A stretch of 64,000 nt of DNA from Moniliella sp. 'wahieum' (lineage: Eukaryota): NCBI GenBank assembly GCA_003971905.1, contig RSEE01000034.1:186001-250000 (forward strand), read 5' to 3'. Of this stretch, positions 25,450-39,100 are shown in pieces; position 1 is the stretch's first letter; every line of letters starts with the position of its first letter. The position numbers and the translations under genes were made by a program. Under the pieces are notes generated by a model. That model made no database searches. It was not told where the DNA came from and saw only the letters and a list, made by a program, of their open reading frames with translations.

Positions 25450-28400
25450 ATGTGCGTACCCCTCCTGGCAAGCGCCGCTTCCCGGATGCTGATCCCACCC
25501 CTTCTTTCCTCTCTCCAGGGCTTCTGTGCCGGTCGTTTCTGATGAGATCGCGGCTCTGGCACTCTACCGCACCACCTCTCCGCTCTTCCGCCTCTATGCA
25601 CTGCCCAGCGCCGCGGCCTATGCGCTACTCGCTGCTTCTATTCGTTATCTTGAGCTTGGTCGTGAGCCTTCCATCGTCGCTGCCATTTCGATAATCTCGT
25701 TGCATGTTCTTCTCTTCCTATCTACGCGCTGGAGTGTCGCTGCTCGTGCCCTCCTTGAAGCACGCCCGGCCCGTACCCTCTCAGCTGCATCTGCCGTGCG
25801 CGTCACTCCGGTGGCTCACCGGGGCCCCGGCGAACTGGTCGGCCTCCACCGTACACGTCTTCCTGGAGGCGCGCTTGAGTTCAGCTTCGAGTATCAGGGC
25901 GCTAAGTACCTCTACGTCGATAAAGCATTCCGTCGTCCTGCCTACCCTGCCGACGCCCCCACCCGGATCGCCCCTCTCTTGGCCCACTCCCGTGTTGGCC
26001 TGATTGACGAGTCTGCTGTGCGCAGTTCCACAGCAACCTACGGTCCCAACATTGTACATATCCCTGTCCCCACCTTTGCACGCCTTTTTGCTGAACACGC
26101 AGTCGCACCTTTTTTCGTATTCCAAGTCTTTTGTGTTGCGTTGTGGATGCTGGACGAGTACTGGTACTACTCGCTTTTCTCCCTCGTCATGCTCGTGGTA
26201 TTTGAAAGTACCGTTGTCTTCCAGCGCCTGCTCACTCTCCGCGAGTTCCGCACCATGGCCTTGCCCCCTTCGCCGATATGGGTCTACCGCACTGGCGCCT
26301 GGCGCCACATGTCCAGCGCCGCCCTCCTTCCTGGCGACGTTGTCTCCCTGACTCGCTCTCGTGACGATGCATGCGTGCCTTGTGATCTCCTTCTCTGCTC
26401 CGGAGAAGCGATCGTCAATGAGGCCATGCTATCGGGCGAATCGACGCCACTGCTGAAAGAATCCATCGCTCTGCGGCCCCCAACGGACATGCTCGATGCT
26501 CATGGAGCGGATCGATCAACTGTTCTGTTCGGCGGGACCAAGGTCCTTCAAACCACCTCGGGTCCCGCTCCGTCCGCGACAGAGTCCCCGGCCCTGACTA
26601 CTCCTGATGATGGCGTTCTGGCAATTGTGCTTCGCACTGGCTTTGGCACCACTCAAGGTGGGCTCATTCGTCTCATGGTCTATGCCAATGAGGCCCATGT
26701 CGGTGGTGGCAATTGGGAAACAGTGTTTTTCCTTCTGTTTCTGCTCGCATTTGCCATTGCTGCCAGTTCTTACGTTTGGATCAACGGTGCTGCGCTGGGA
26801 CGGCCAAGAGGCAAGCTGCTGCTGGACTGCATCCTGATCGTCACCTCTGTCGTTCCCCCCGAGCTGCCGATGGAACTCTCGATGGCGGTCAATGCCTCGC
26901 TCCAATCCTCTCTCGCTACGCCATCTATTGCACTGAACCGTTCCGGATCCCGTATGCGGGCAAGGTAGACGTGTGTTGCTTTGACAAGACGGGTACCATC
27001 ACTGCCGAGCAGCTCCAACTCCAGGGCGGCTCAAATTGGGCCCCATGGCAAGCCAGTCCAGCATCCGGCTGCTCTGAGCAACAAAGAAACCACTTTGACC
27101 ATTGCAGCTGCCCATGCTTTGGCGTTGCTGGAAGACGATGGTGTGGTGGGTGATCCGATGGAAAAGACCACGGTTGACGCGCTCGGGGGAGGTAACCAAG
27201 GACGATATCATTGTGCCCAAGTCAGCGCAGGGCCGTAAAATGGTGAATGTGCAAATCCGGCGGCGGTTTCAGTTTCCTCGACACTTAAGCGCATGTCGAC
27301 CATCAGCGTTGTGGCCGAGGCCCACGGTTCGGTTGTTAGCAAGCACGGCTTTGTCGCTGTCAAGGGTGCTCCTGAGACGCTGCGCAGCATGTACGCATCC
27401 CTGCCTGAGGGGTACGATGAAGTGTATAAGGGCTACATGCGAAGCGGCAGTCGCGTACTGGCCTTGGGATACAAGTGGCTCGATACCCATTCGGCCAAAG
27501 ACATCAATTCCAAGACACGGGAGGATGTGGAAGAAAACCTGGTTTTTGGAGGTTTCCTCATCTTTTACTCCCCCCTCAAGCCGGACGCAGCCAAGTCATT
27601 GATGCACCTCAACGATTCCAATCATCGCTGCATCATGATCACGGGCGACAACCCGTTGACTGCAATCCACGTAGCGGAGCAAGTTGAGATTGTCGACCGG
27701 CCTACCCTCATCCTCGACAGCCAAGAAGACGGCGCGGACGATGCGGGCTTGGTCTTGCGATCGGTTGACGAGCACTTGGTCATCCACGTCAACCCGGACG
27801 AACCTCTGGATGAGGTCCTATTTGAAAAGTACGACCTCTGCATGACCGGTGCTGCCATGCGTCAGTTTGAGAGTCGTCCCAAACAATGGGCTACATTGGT
27901 AGAAAATACGTGGGTGTACGCGCGTGTGTCGCCGACCCAAAAGGAAACGGTGCTCAACTCACTTCGTTCGCATGGATACGTGACGCTCATGGTGGGGGAC
28001 GGAACAAACGATGTGGGCGCGTTGAAGGCAGCGGATGTGGGGGTGGCATTGCTGGATGGGACGATGCAGGACATGGAGATGATGGCTGAGCATGCTCGCT
28101 TGGTGCGGATCAAGAAGGCCTATGAGGGCTCGGTCACCCTCGCTGTACAGCGCAACCGGCTGCCTCCCGAGGTGCCTGCGGTACTCAAGGCCAAATTTCC
28201 CGAACTGGAGCGGGCACGGGAGAAGGCCATGGCACACGTCAGCAACCATACTTCGACTCCGTTTAACTTTTCTTCTACCGCCGAACGCTTAGCTTCCCTG
28301 GAGGACGACAACTCTACCCCTCAAATTCGACTGGGGGATGCGAGCGTCGCTGCTCCCTTCACTAGCAAGCTCAGCCAAGTTGATTCGATCATCCGCATCA

Positions 28401-29203
28401 TTCGCCAGGGCCGTTCCACCCTTGTTGCCTTTACGCAGATGTACAAGATCCTCGCGCTCAATTGCCTCATCACGGCGTACAGCTTGTCGGTTCTCTATCT
28501 CCACGGTATCAAGCAAGGGGATTATCAGTCGACAGTGTCGGGCATGCTAATCAGCGTCAGCTTCTTTTGTGTCTCGCGTGCCACGCCCAACTCACATCTC
28601 TCTCCCGAACGGCCCCTAACCCGAGTCTTCAGTCCTTATATCTTCCTCTCTGTCGTCCTCCAGTTCGCGTTGCATTGTGGCGCGACTCACTACCTCGTTA
28701 CCGTACTGGTCCCGATCTACGAACCCCCACAGCCCGTCACTGATTTGGAGGCCAAGTTTGCTCCCTCGTTGTTGAACACGGTCATTTACCTTATCGGGCT
28801 TAGCCAGCAAGTCAACACCTTCTCTGTCAACTTTATCGGTCGCCCGCACCGGGAGGCCCTGAGCAGCAACAAAGCCATGTACTATGGACTGATTGGCTGC
28901 GTCGCAGTGGCTGTGGCTGGGGTGGTGAACCTGGTGCCGCTGATGAACCGCTGGCTCCAACTTGTGGTCATCCCGCCCCGTCTGCAGCTCGAGCTGCTGT
29001 GCATCATGGCTGTTGACTTTGCCGGCTGTTATGGACTGGAGTGGACGATCAAAGCTCTGATGGCCGACCAGCGGCCCAAACCGATCATCACAAAACGTCG
29101 TCAGGGGTTGCGAGCACGACGAGCCCAGCGCCAAGCCAACTTTGATGCGATTGCGGCGAGTCTGCGCGAGCGCGAAACCAAGGCCCAGGGAAAGGCACCC
29201 TAA
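25450..29203 (+). CDS. SPF1: P5A-type ATPase (ER transmembrane helix dislocase, Spf1/ATP13A1)
   Basis: [88 protein letters not shown]. The start codon appears split by intron 25452-25518. Several frameshifts at 26.9-27.3 kb. Confidence 0.96.
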
Positions 29204-30192
29204 AAAGATGGGAGAGGAAGAGGCGCATGGAATCTCATCTGATCTTTCAATCTCATACCCCATCTCTAGCCGCTAGACCCGCGGTTCTCAGCATTCCCTG
29301 CGCATGCCCACCTGTTGTTGCCGTCGGAGCCGAGTGCAGCATACCAGATAGTGAGTGGACAGATGTTGGCACTTACACGCTACGTTCATACGCAGTGCGT
29401 ACACACTGTGTGTGGGGGATGGCACATGTGGGGCACGCTCCCCCCCACTCATCGAACTCATCCCACTCGCCAATCCTCTTGAACTCTTGACTGGCCATCA
29501 GGCGTTACATGTTACATCCATTAGGGGAGATGTCGATGAGCTACATCCGGCGGTGGCTGTGCCTCCTGTCCATGTCATAGCAGGATCCGCAACGATTTCT
29601 CCCTTGAGCTCGAGGATGTGGAGGAATCATCTATTCTTCTTCGATCCGGCGGGCACCCGAACAAAATGTGTCGTTTTTGTACAATGCCAGTGGCGCCGTA
29701 CTGGCAATGCCGGCCCTGTCCAGTCAGCTGGGGGCCAGCATGCACCGCGGCGCCGTGCGCGGCGCCGCGTGCGGTCTAGTATCTGTGGCCCGTGCGCAGT
29801 TCCTCCATCGGATGTGTTGCTCCACTTCTCTCCCCTCTGTGTCCCCCTCCATCGCATCCACACCATCCAGTGTTGTGATATCGAGTCGCGGAGAGAGCTG
29901 CAAAAGGTAGGCAAGTCCGGTAATAACAGCGTTGGACCACTCTGTGGGATACTATGGGCTGATGATCGATGAAGGCTGAGGCCGCGCTGAGGCCGTTAGT
30001 TCCCTCACGCCGGCCACAACGAGGCGAAATTGAAGAGCCATTGCATTACAGGTGCACTTTAGTATACCACACGTATATATATGCAAAATTGAGGATGATG
30101 AGAATAGCCAACACCCCCACAGCTCATTCTCGTTGTTCTCATACCAACGCGACTTGCTACATCATCGACATCATCCTTTACGACACAACATC

Positions 30193-31157
30193 ATGTCGGC
30201 CGGAAAGTACATTCTCCTGGGCGCTGATGGCCAACTGGGTCGTTTAGCCGCATCGTACGCATGCAAAATCAAGACTGCAGGACAAGAACTGGTTCTGGCC
30301 AGCTACAAGGTGAATGAAATTCCCTCAGAGTTGCGCTCTGAGTGGGAGAGCAAGGGTGCACATCTGATCTCCCTAAGCTACGACGAACCAGACAAGATGG
30401 CAGAGGCCTTTCAAGGAGCTGAAGCGGTGAGCTTTGTTTCTACTTGGCTAATTGGTGCCCGTCGCCGTGGCCAACACAAGAACGTGATTGAAGCCGCCAA
30501 GAAGGCGGGGGTGAAGCGGATTGGGTACACCTCTTTTTGCGGCGCAGGACTTAAGTACGACCTTCCGGTCTTGCCCCAAGACCACAAGGCAACCGAAGCC
30601 ATGATCTTTGCCTCGGGCTTGCCCTACACCCTGCAACGCAATTACCTCTACGCGCAAAACATCCCTCAGCTTTTCGCCCCATCCTGGCCTTATTGTGGAA
30701 CGTTTGGCTGGACAATACTGGCGGTGTGGCGGGCGCCTATGTATCACGCCAAGATTGTGCCGAGTGTATGGCTGCGATTCTCCTGGGAAAGGGCAAAGCG
30801 AATACGATCTACACCATTACTGGCCCGCAACCCATCACCTCGCAAGAGGCATTGGACCTGTGCGCAAAAATCTCTGGTTACAAGGCCACCTTAAAGCCCA
30901 CAGAGGACGTGGATCTATACAATTTCTGGGAATCGCGTGGGGTTCCCAGAACAATCGAGGGGGACGCATCCAAGAACTCGACACCCATGAAGCTCATTAC
31001 GGACGATTTGGTTGCCTGTGGGCAGGTCATCCGTCGGGGCCTCATGGCTGAAGTTACCACTGCCGTCGAAGAACTCACGGGGCACAAGCCTATCTCTCCT
31101 CAACAAGTTTTTGAAGAGTGCCGTGACATCTTGCCCAAGGCCACCAACAATCCCTAA
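30193..31157 (+). CDS. NmrA-like / atypical SDR NAD(P)H oxidoreductase (QorB/YtfG-like)
   Basis: ILLGADGQLG Rossmann motif, HKNVIEAAKKAGVKRIGYTS, DHKATEAMIFASGLPYT, YVSRQDCAE, YTITGP, VEELTGHKP. One frameshift near 30697, no intron. Confidence 0.88.
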
Positions 31158-31674
31158 ATGTGCTTTCAGTGTCTCTATACACTGCTGTGGGCCTTTCCCT
31201 TTTTTAGTAGAAAATGGAGTCCGACACCAGGAAGTGAGATCAGCAAACACCTGCCTACATGATATCGCCCCAGTTTCTAAACCGAGGCACTTATAATACT
31301 TTCTCTAGATAGGCAGAGTGCACCTACAACCCCCATATAGACGTTGCATTCCGGAACCATCCCTAATAGACGGAAGACAAGACTGAATAGAAATGGGCCG
31401 GTAGCTCACCCATCCTACCTTCCCACTCAGGCGGGCGGAAGTGGGGCGGCGGAATGGAGAGGGCAACCCTAGTGGTGGTGCGGCAGGCGGCGCGAGCGCA
31501 GTGTGGGGTGTGGCGTGGACCGGCGGGCGACTGGCGCGGTGCGACAGGCAAGCAGGGCAGCGGGAGAAAAAAAACCACAGCTGGGCGTGTTTTTTTATGG
31601 CGCACTTTCTCGTCCAGGCGCCGCTGCTTCCCATCCCCCACCTCCTGCGCCCCGAGCGTTGTACGGCACTCGCC

Positions 31675-34600
31675 ATGGCTGCCGACCCTCAGTTTGTTGC
31701 GAGCATCAACCAGCTGCCCAGAACTCCCTCCTCCCCGACACCAACACTGTCAAGGCGGTGCGTACCACGCCCATCTTCCCCTCTTCGTCCCCGTGCTGAC
31801 CCGCGCACCGCAGGCCACCGAGGGTCTTCAAGCGCAGTACAAGAACCCGGCTATCGTCCCGGCTCTCTTGCAGATCCTTGCGAGTCCCACGGAAAATGGT
31901 GTTCGCCAACTAGCCGGTGTTGAGCTCCGGAAGCGCATTGCCAAGAGCGCCAAGGCCTGGTCCGCCCAGACCGTCGAGGTGCGCACGGCCATCAAGTCGC
32001 AGCTGCTGGAGATCGTCAAGAACGAGCCTAACAACTCGGTTCGCAACTCCTCGGCCCGGGTTGTTAGCGAGATCGCCCGTCGGGAACTCCCCCAGAATGC
32101 GTGGCCTGAACTGCTTCCGTTCCTTTTCACTGCCGCCGAGCAGGGCAACGCTGCCCAGCGTCAGGCTTCCGTCTTTGTTTTCTTCACCCTCCTGGAGACG
32201 TTCAACGACGAGGAGTCGGTCCAGGGCTACCTCCTCCTCAGATCATGCAACTGTTTACTCGGACTATCAACGACCCCGAGTCGCTTGCTGTGCGTGTGAC
32301 CACTGTCCGTGGCCTCGGCAAGGTTGGTGACCTGCTCGACAGCGACGCCACCGCCGACTTGGCTGCCGTGCAATCTGCCATTCCTCAGATGGTCCATGTT
32401 CTTCAGCAGGCCATCGATGGTGGTGACTCCGAGTCGGTCACGTTCGTCTTGGACGTTTTCGACACGTTCTGCCTTTCGGAACTGCCGATTATCAACTCCT
32501 GCCTCAGCGACCTGCTTGCATTCTACCTCTCGACGGCCGCTCGCGATGACCTGGAGGACGAAATGCGCGAGGCCGCACTCAACTCGACAATCTGGACCAT
32601 CAACTACAAGCGCCAAAAGATCCAGCAGCTCCAGCTGGCCAAGGTCATGATCCCCCACATTATGGCCATCCTGCCGACCGGCGACTTTGATGATGACGAG
32701 TCCAACCCTTCCACACTCGCCTTGCGATTGCTTGACACTCTGGCCACCGAACTTCCTCCCTCGAATGTTTGGCCCCGCTGTTTGAGCAGCTGCAGGCGTT
32801 TGCCCAGAACCCTGATCTTACCTACCGTGCTTCAGGCCTCCTGGCCCTTGGTGTTTCGTGTGAGGGGCTGTCGGAGACGCTGCGGCCGCAGATGGACCTG
32901 GTGGCAGTTTGTCGATGCTGGCATCAAGGACCCCGAACCCCGCGTTCAGCGCGCGGCGGCCATGGCCATTGCTTACCTTTGCGACCAGCTTGGGGATGAG
33001 ACGGTCAAGTACCACCAAGCGGTCATGCCCGCTCTCATGCATATGATTGGCCAGCCCGAACACAGCGCGATGCTACGCGTGCCCTTGATCGTTTCCTGGA
33101 GAACTTGGGCGAGGACATTAAGCAGTACTTGCAGCCGGTCATGGAGACCCTCGCTGGCTACCTCGACACGGTCCCTCTGGAGATCAAGAAGACGATCATT
33201 GCTGCCATTGGTTCCGCCGCGCACGCTTCGAAGCGGGACTTCCTCCCCTACTTCCCTGCTACCATGGCTAAGCTCACTCCGTTCCTTCAGTTCAAGGACA
33301 CGACCAACAATGAGCAGATGGACTTCCGTGCCATCACACAGGACACGGTCGGCACCTTTGGTGACGCGGTGGGCGCGGAAGCCTTCCGTCCTTACTTTGC
33401 CGACACGATGGCCATTGCTTATGATGCGTTCGAGTTGGACCAACCTCGTCTGCGCGAGTGCTCATTCATCTTCTTCAGCACAATGGCTAAGGTGTTTGGT
33501 GAAGAGTTTAGCCAGTTCCTTCCCCAAATTGCGCCAAAGATCCTCGAGAGCTTGCGGCAACAGGAGCACGAGCCTGTTGCAGGCGCCTCAGGTGACGCCC
33601 AAGCCCTCCTGGCTGGCGCTTCGGCTGAGGATGACGATGACGATTTCGTGGACATGGAAGACCTCAACGAGATCTTTGGTTCAATTTCTTCGGCCATTGC
33701 GATTGAGAAGGAGGTTGCGGCCGATTCGGTGGGGGAGATTTTCCGGTACACCAAGTCGGGCTTTTTGCCCTACCTCCAAGAGTCGGTGCAGGAGCTGGTT
33801 ACGCTTTTGCAGCACTTCAGCTCCGGCATCCGTAAGTCTGCTGTCAACTCGCTTTTCACTTGCATCAGCACCCTCAACACGATTCAAAATCCGGGCGAGT
33901 GGAAGGCTGGCCTCGCCGTGCCGGTACCCATCTCGTCGGATGTGGAGCAACTAATCGACATGGTGATGACCAACGTGTTCATCTTGTGGGAGGAGGAGGA
34001 TGACCGGTATGTGTTTCTTTTCCAATTGTCATTCCCTTGTAGGATGACAAAACTATCTCAGCTCACACCTAGTGGTGGAATAGGACCACCGCAGTGTGGA
34101 AAACCTACGTGGAGAAACTGATTCTTTTGCTGCATTATTTACTTTGAAAAAACTGTTACTGACTTGTTGTCTTTCCAGGTTTGTGGCGACGCAGTTGTGC
34201 GAGTCGCTGAGCGAGACGCTCAAGGAGGTGGGCCCGGCGGTGATTGCCAAGCGCACGGGGGATGTGGCTGATATTGCGATGAACATCCTTGAGAAGAAGT
34301 CCATTCCCCAATCTTCTCCCGGTGGGGATGAGGAGGAGGTCGACGAGGACAGCTCTGAGTACGAGACATGCTCATCTCTTCTGCGATGGATCTTGGGGTG
34401 CTATGGCCGACACGCTTGGTGCCGACTTCCAACAACCGTTGCAACGCTTCTTGCCTCAGATTACCAAGTACTACGGTCCGACCAAGGCTGTGGCCGAGCG
34501 GGCAGCCACGACGTCGGCGCTGGGGATGCTGGCTGTTGGGATGAAGGAGCATGTGACGCCCTTTACGATGCCCATGCTTGCTACTCTCTCCCACGCTGTG

Positions 34601-35125
34601 ACGGACGAGGATCTGGGCGTGCGCACGAACGCGATCTACGCGGCGGGTTTGTTGATCGAGAACTCGCAGGAGGATTTGACGGCGCACTACCCAGCTCTCC
34701 TCACCGCACTCCAACCGGCACTGAGTCTGCCGGCGGACAAGTCGCAGTCGACGGAGGCCAAGGCGCTGAAGGACAATGCGGTCGGGTGCCTGGCGCGGAT
34801 GGTGCGCAAGAGCCCTGCCACCCTCCCGCTGACGGAGACGTTCCCGCTCATCTTTGGCAGCTTGCCGTTGCTGTACGACGATGCGGAGTGGGCGCCGGTG
34901 ATCCAACTCACTATTGCTCTCATCCAAGCCAACGACCCGATTGCCCAGCAGCACATTGACGACATTCTCCGTCTCTTTGCCCATGTTCTGGGGCCAGCCG
35001 CCGAGGGCGAGTCGGATGTGCTGGGCGCCGAGCTGCGTGGTCAGCTGATTACCTTCATCAGCCACCTCAACACCCAGATCCCCGACAAGGTCCAGGCGGC
35101 CGGTCTCGCGGGCTACCTTGTTTAA
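31675..35125 (+). CDS. KAP123: Importin beta-4 (karyopherin Kap123/IPO4)
   Basis: IBN_N VRQLAGVELRKRI, WPELLPFL, HEAT repeats, LRECSFIFF, AIAIEKEVAADSVGEIF, DNAVGCLARM, LPLLYDDAEW. Introns ~31758-31813 and 34007-34179. Multiple frameshifts. Confidence 0.92.
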
Positions 35126-36193
35126 CTCCCGAGGGTTCGTTCTTTCTTCTGGTCCTTTGCGCCTCCCCTCCCCTCCCCCCCACCCCCCCAAAAAGGGCAC
35201 CCCATGAGCTACCCTCGGATCATCATTTGCCTTGGATAAGAGTGTGGATGGGGGCGGTGGCCATAGCTCGGCTTCGTGCTTCCACCCCATCCTACAATGC
35301 TGGTCTTGGTCTGTCTTGCCCATCTTGCCCAGCATCCGCCTTTCCGCCTTATATCTTTTTCGACTTCTCTTCGCTCCAGTTACCCCGCCCCTTGGGCCTC
35401 TCTTTTTCTCTCCCTGCTTAAATTTCACAGCGTTTTCCATCTCCCTCTTCTGAGCCTTAGTAGTTAGTAGATCCCTTGGCGCCCAAGGCTGCACGTCATA
35501 TGCGCACTGTTGTTTCCTGCTTGTGCGATACGACGGACGGTCGTCTGGTGGGAGCGAGAACTGTCAGTGGCAGGTGGTGGTTCAGGAGGGCCTAAGGTGT
35601 CTCCTTCCCGAGTGTAGATATGCGGGCAAGATGCGACGAGAGCCATCAAAGTCCCCGGCGTGTGACAGCTGCCATGGCCCTGTCAATTAGACAGTCTACT
35701 GGTCGGAGGGGTAGATCGACAGTTCCACCCAAGTCAGTGTGGTTCTGCCGGCCACGGGCATGCGCATAGCCAACCCCAGACAGCAAGGCCAAAAGGGTAT
35801 AAATACTGGATGAGGTCGACGAGGGCCAGTGCCTTTCAGATATCCACTGTCCAACGCGCAGAATCTGGTACGCGTCTTCACCATGCCTCTTCTCCCACCT
35901 GGATACCATCTCGACCATCCTGCTGTTGCTGCTCCTGCGACGCCCCCCCCTCTGCTCCAGCCTGCTTCCCATCCCCCTGTGGGCAGTGTCAACGAATCAC
36001 ATCAATCTCATTCTTTCTGGGTTTTCCATAGGTACTACGGGGCCATAGCTAAAAAAAGTCGAACCAGGACGGTGCCCTTTCAGGACAGAAACGAAGAACA
36101 ATGGGCCGCGCCGAGTGGCGCGACCAAACCGGGGCGAAGGGCATAATGGAACCAGGAGAGTGGGGGTGGGTGGGGAGTTAGAATCATTGTACC

Positions 36194-39100
36194 TCAATGC
36201 ACCACCTGCGCCACCACCCCGAGCGCATTGGGAAGGAAAGTCTGGTGGTCCCCAGCGACCTCTTGGACTTGCAAGTCGGCCGAACGGAACACTTCTTTCC
36301 AGTCCGACACTTTGGACGTCATCAAGCTCGGCGTCAGCGAGTCGTCCGACGCATTGACAATCAGCACGCTTGCCGGCTCCGCCCACTCGAGCGAGAAGGT
36401 GTGGGTGGGCACAGCTTGGGCGGCTTTGATGAAGTGCTGCCGTGACGGCTCGTACTCGACCGACGCCAACAACTTGTCCAACGAGCCCGGGGGAAGCGGG
36501 GGCATTTTCTTGTTGCTCCGCATCGCTGGCGAGTCGAGCAAGATCAACCGTTCCACCCCTTTGCCCTTGTGCACCAACTGACGCGCCACCTCGACCGCAC
36601 ACATGGCCCCAAGACTGTAGCCTCCTAGGTTGTACAGGCCATCGGGCTGGATCTGCTCGATGATCTTGGTATACTCGTCGGCCAGCGCCCGGAACCCATT
36701 CGTGGCTGGCCACCGGTCCTCGTGGCCTAAGAAGGGGGAGTTGAGTGCAATCACCGGCCGGCCCCACGTTGGCCCCATCACAGCCCGCGAAAAGCACCCA
36801 CCCACTCCACCACCATCCGGAAGCAGGATCAACGGTCCGGGCGAACTGGCATCGGGCTTGTAGGGTGGACCAGCAATTTGGAGCCAGGCCTTGCTGCCCT
36901 TGAGCACGCCTTCGGTCGTCAACATGGTGTCCGCCCCACCGGACGAGAGGGCAGGGCGGGGGGGCGACAGGCTAGCCCGCTGCCGCGCCGCCGTCGACAG
37001 GGCTGCACCCGATTGGTCCAGCTCGTGAACCGAGCTTCGAGAGCGAGCGGCCGAGCGCGGCGGTACAGCTGGAACAAGGGCACTGGGGATGAGGTGCTTG
37101 GTGCGTGCCTTCATTTGGTCAAAGGCGGTGGAGAGCAAGCGCTGCAGAGCAGAACGACGGATTTGCTTGAAGCAGGCATCGAGCATACACCCCACCAAGT
37201 TGTTATCTTCGTCGACCCAATACACATCCCCTTGTGCCACGTTGCCTTGCACCTCCATCCGAGACCAAGTCTTAAGCGTGCCCGAGTTGGGGCCAAACTG
37301 GGTCAGGCGAGGAGTGACGAGCGTGCGGCCAATGCCGTCTGCAATGTACACCGTATCCGGCTCGGCAATCATCACGTTGCAAATGAAGCCGGTCAGGCCG
37401 CCAAGCGAGTCGAGAATGTCGGGAGAAGCGATAAACTTGCCGTTGGTGGCCTTTTCCGGCCACCGGACCTGAGCCACGGCAGCCTCGTGCTCATCCGAGA
37501 TCCACATGCGCTCCATGCCTTGGTACGCCTCGCCATACTTGACAATCGCCTCAAACCGACGGTAAATCATGCTCTTGCGCAGCACCGTCGATGCTTCCGA
37601 GGGCATGTTGGCGATCGACTTGGTGACCAAGTGGCGCAGCCGCGCCCATTCCCGTTCGATAGTGGGCATGTTGACGAGACGGACGGTGCAGGTACCGTGT
37701 TGGTGCGTCGTCTCGCCTTCACGGGTGTAAAATTGGACGGTGCACCCATCTGGGTCCATCGGACTGCCAATCACCTCGACCAATACGGCTTGCTGCGGCC
37801 AGTCCGTGTTGATAAAGACGGAGCTAAACATCGAAAGGTTCAGCACCTCAAACGCCTCCGTTGTCGAAAGAGCGCCCGCCTCATCGGACAATTTGCTGCA
37901 CAGGTACTCCGCCGCTTCCATGGCCAACTCGCCAAACAGATGGGCAGGAGCAATCGCCACACCCACAACTACGTGGCCCAGAATCATCTCCCGCATGGGC
38001 GACTTGTTCAGCAGCGATTCGAAGGTGGCTGTGCAAGGCTCGGCGAGTTGTAGCTTGGTGCAGGATCCCAGTAAACTGCACTTGGGTGCCGGCAGGGACA
38101 CCCGACTTCCCCCCACTGAGCTCGCGCGCGAACGGGTTGTACGCGCCATGCTCTTCTGCTTCTCGACATTCACGTCGCGCAGTCCACGGTCCTGTTTAGG
38201 AAGAGAAAGAAGTCAGTGTCTGCAGTCCTTTTGCAATCCAGGGGAAGAGAGAAAGAGAGGACGGCACATACCATGTACGGGATGACATACTCGTCATAAT
38301 CAAACGCATACGACGGCAACTCGGCTGCGATGGCAACTGTGTGTGCACGCGAGTAGCCTAGCGAATCATGGATCGCAGCCCAGTCCATTTGAATATTGGA
38401 CTGGACGAGCTTAAGGAGTGTCTCTTGAAGCATGTGCCAGGCGCCTGCGCCGCGCTTCAGTGTGGGGATCATTGCCGGCGGCTTGGACTCGGAGGCAAAG
38501 ATGCTGCGCCATGGGTACCACCGTGCTGTGAGGGCCCAGCTCAACGAAGCACCGGATCGGAGGCAGCTGGTTCCGCTCCAGAGTCAAGGTTAGGGCAGAG
38601 ATGGCGTCGGCAAACCGGACGGGATCGCGCAAGTGCTTGACCAAGTAATCAGCGTTAAACACCCCGCCCCGCTCCACCACACGCCCACAATTGGCAGCGA
38701 CCATTTTGACGGGGGCACGGAAGGTGGCCTGGGCGGCAATAGGAGCATAGTGTGGCATCAGGGGCTGGACCGTCCGGCTGTGGAACGCATAGGGAACAGT
38801 GAGGAGCATGTTTTTGATCTTGGGTTCGGCTTGGTCGGCGAGAACCTTGACACGCTGGCATTCGGGAAGGGGGCCAGCAAGGACAAGGTCGTCGATCGAA
38901 TTGTAGCAAGCAATCTCACAGTTGTTTGCGGTAGCTTGCTGCATCAAGCGACGAACCACCCCCTCAGGTGCCTTGATTGCCAACATAGAGGAGGTATTAG
39001 CCTCGCAATGCTCAATCATTAGCTCGGCGCGCTTGCCCACCAACATGAGCACATCTGTCAACGACAATACGCCGGCCACATGCAAAGCGGCATACTCGCC

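Noticed and set aside
34220..35494. 424-aa ORF antisense to KAP123
   Set aside because: Antisense shadow of a conserved gene.
36878..38053. 391-aa + strand ORF inside the PKS, checked as a possible hidden ACP or partner
   Set aside because: Antisense shadow with no GxDS motif or domain features.
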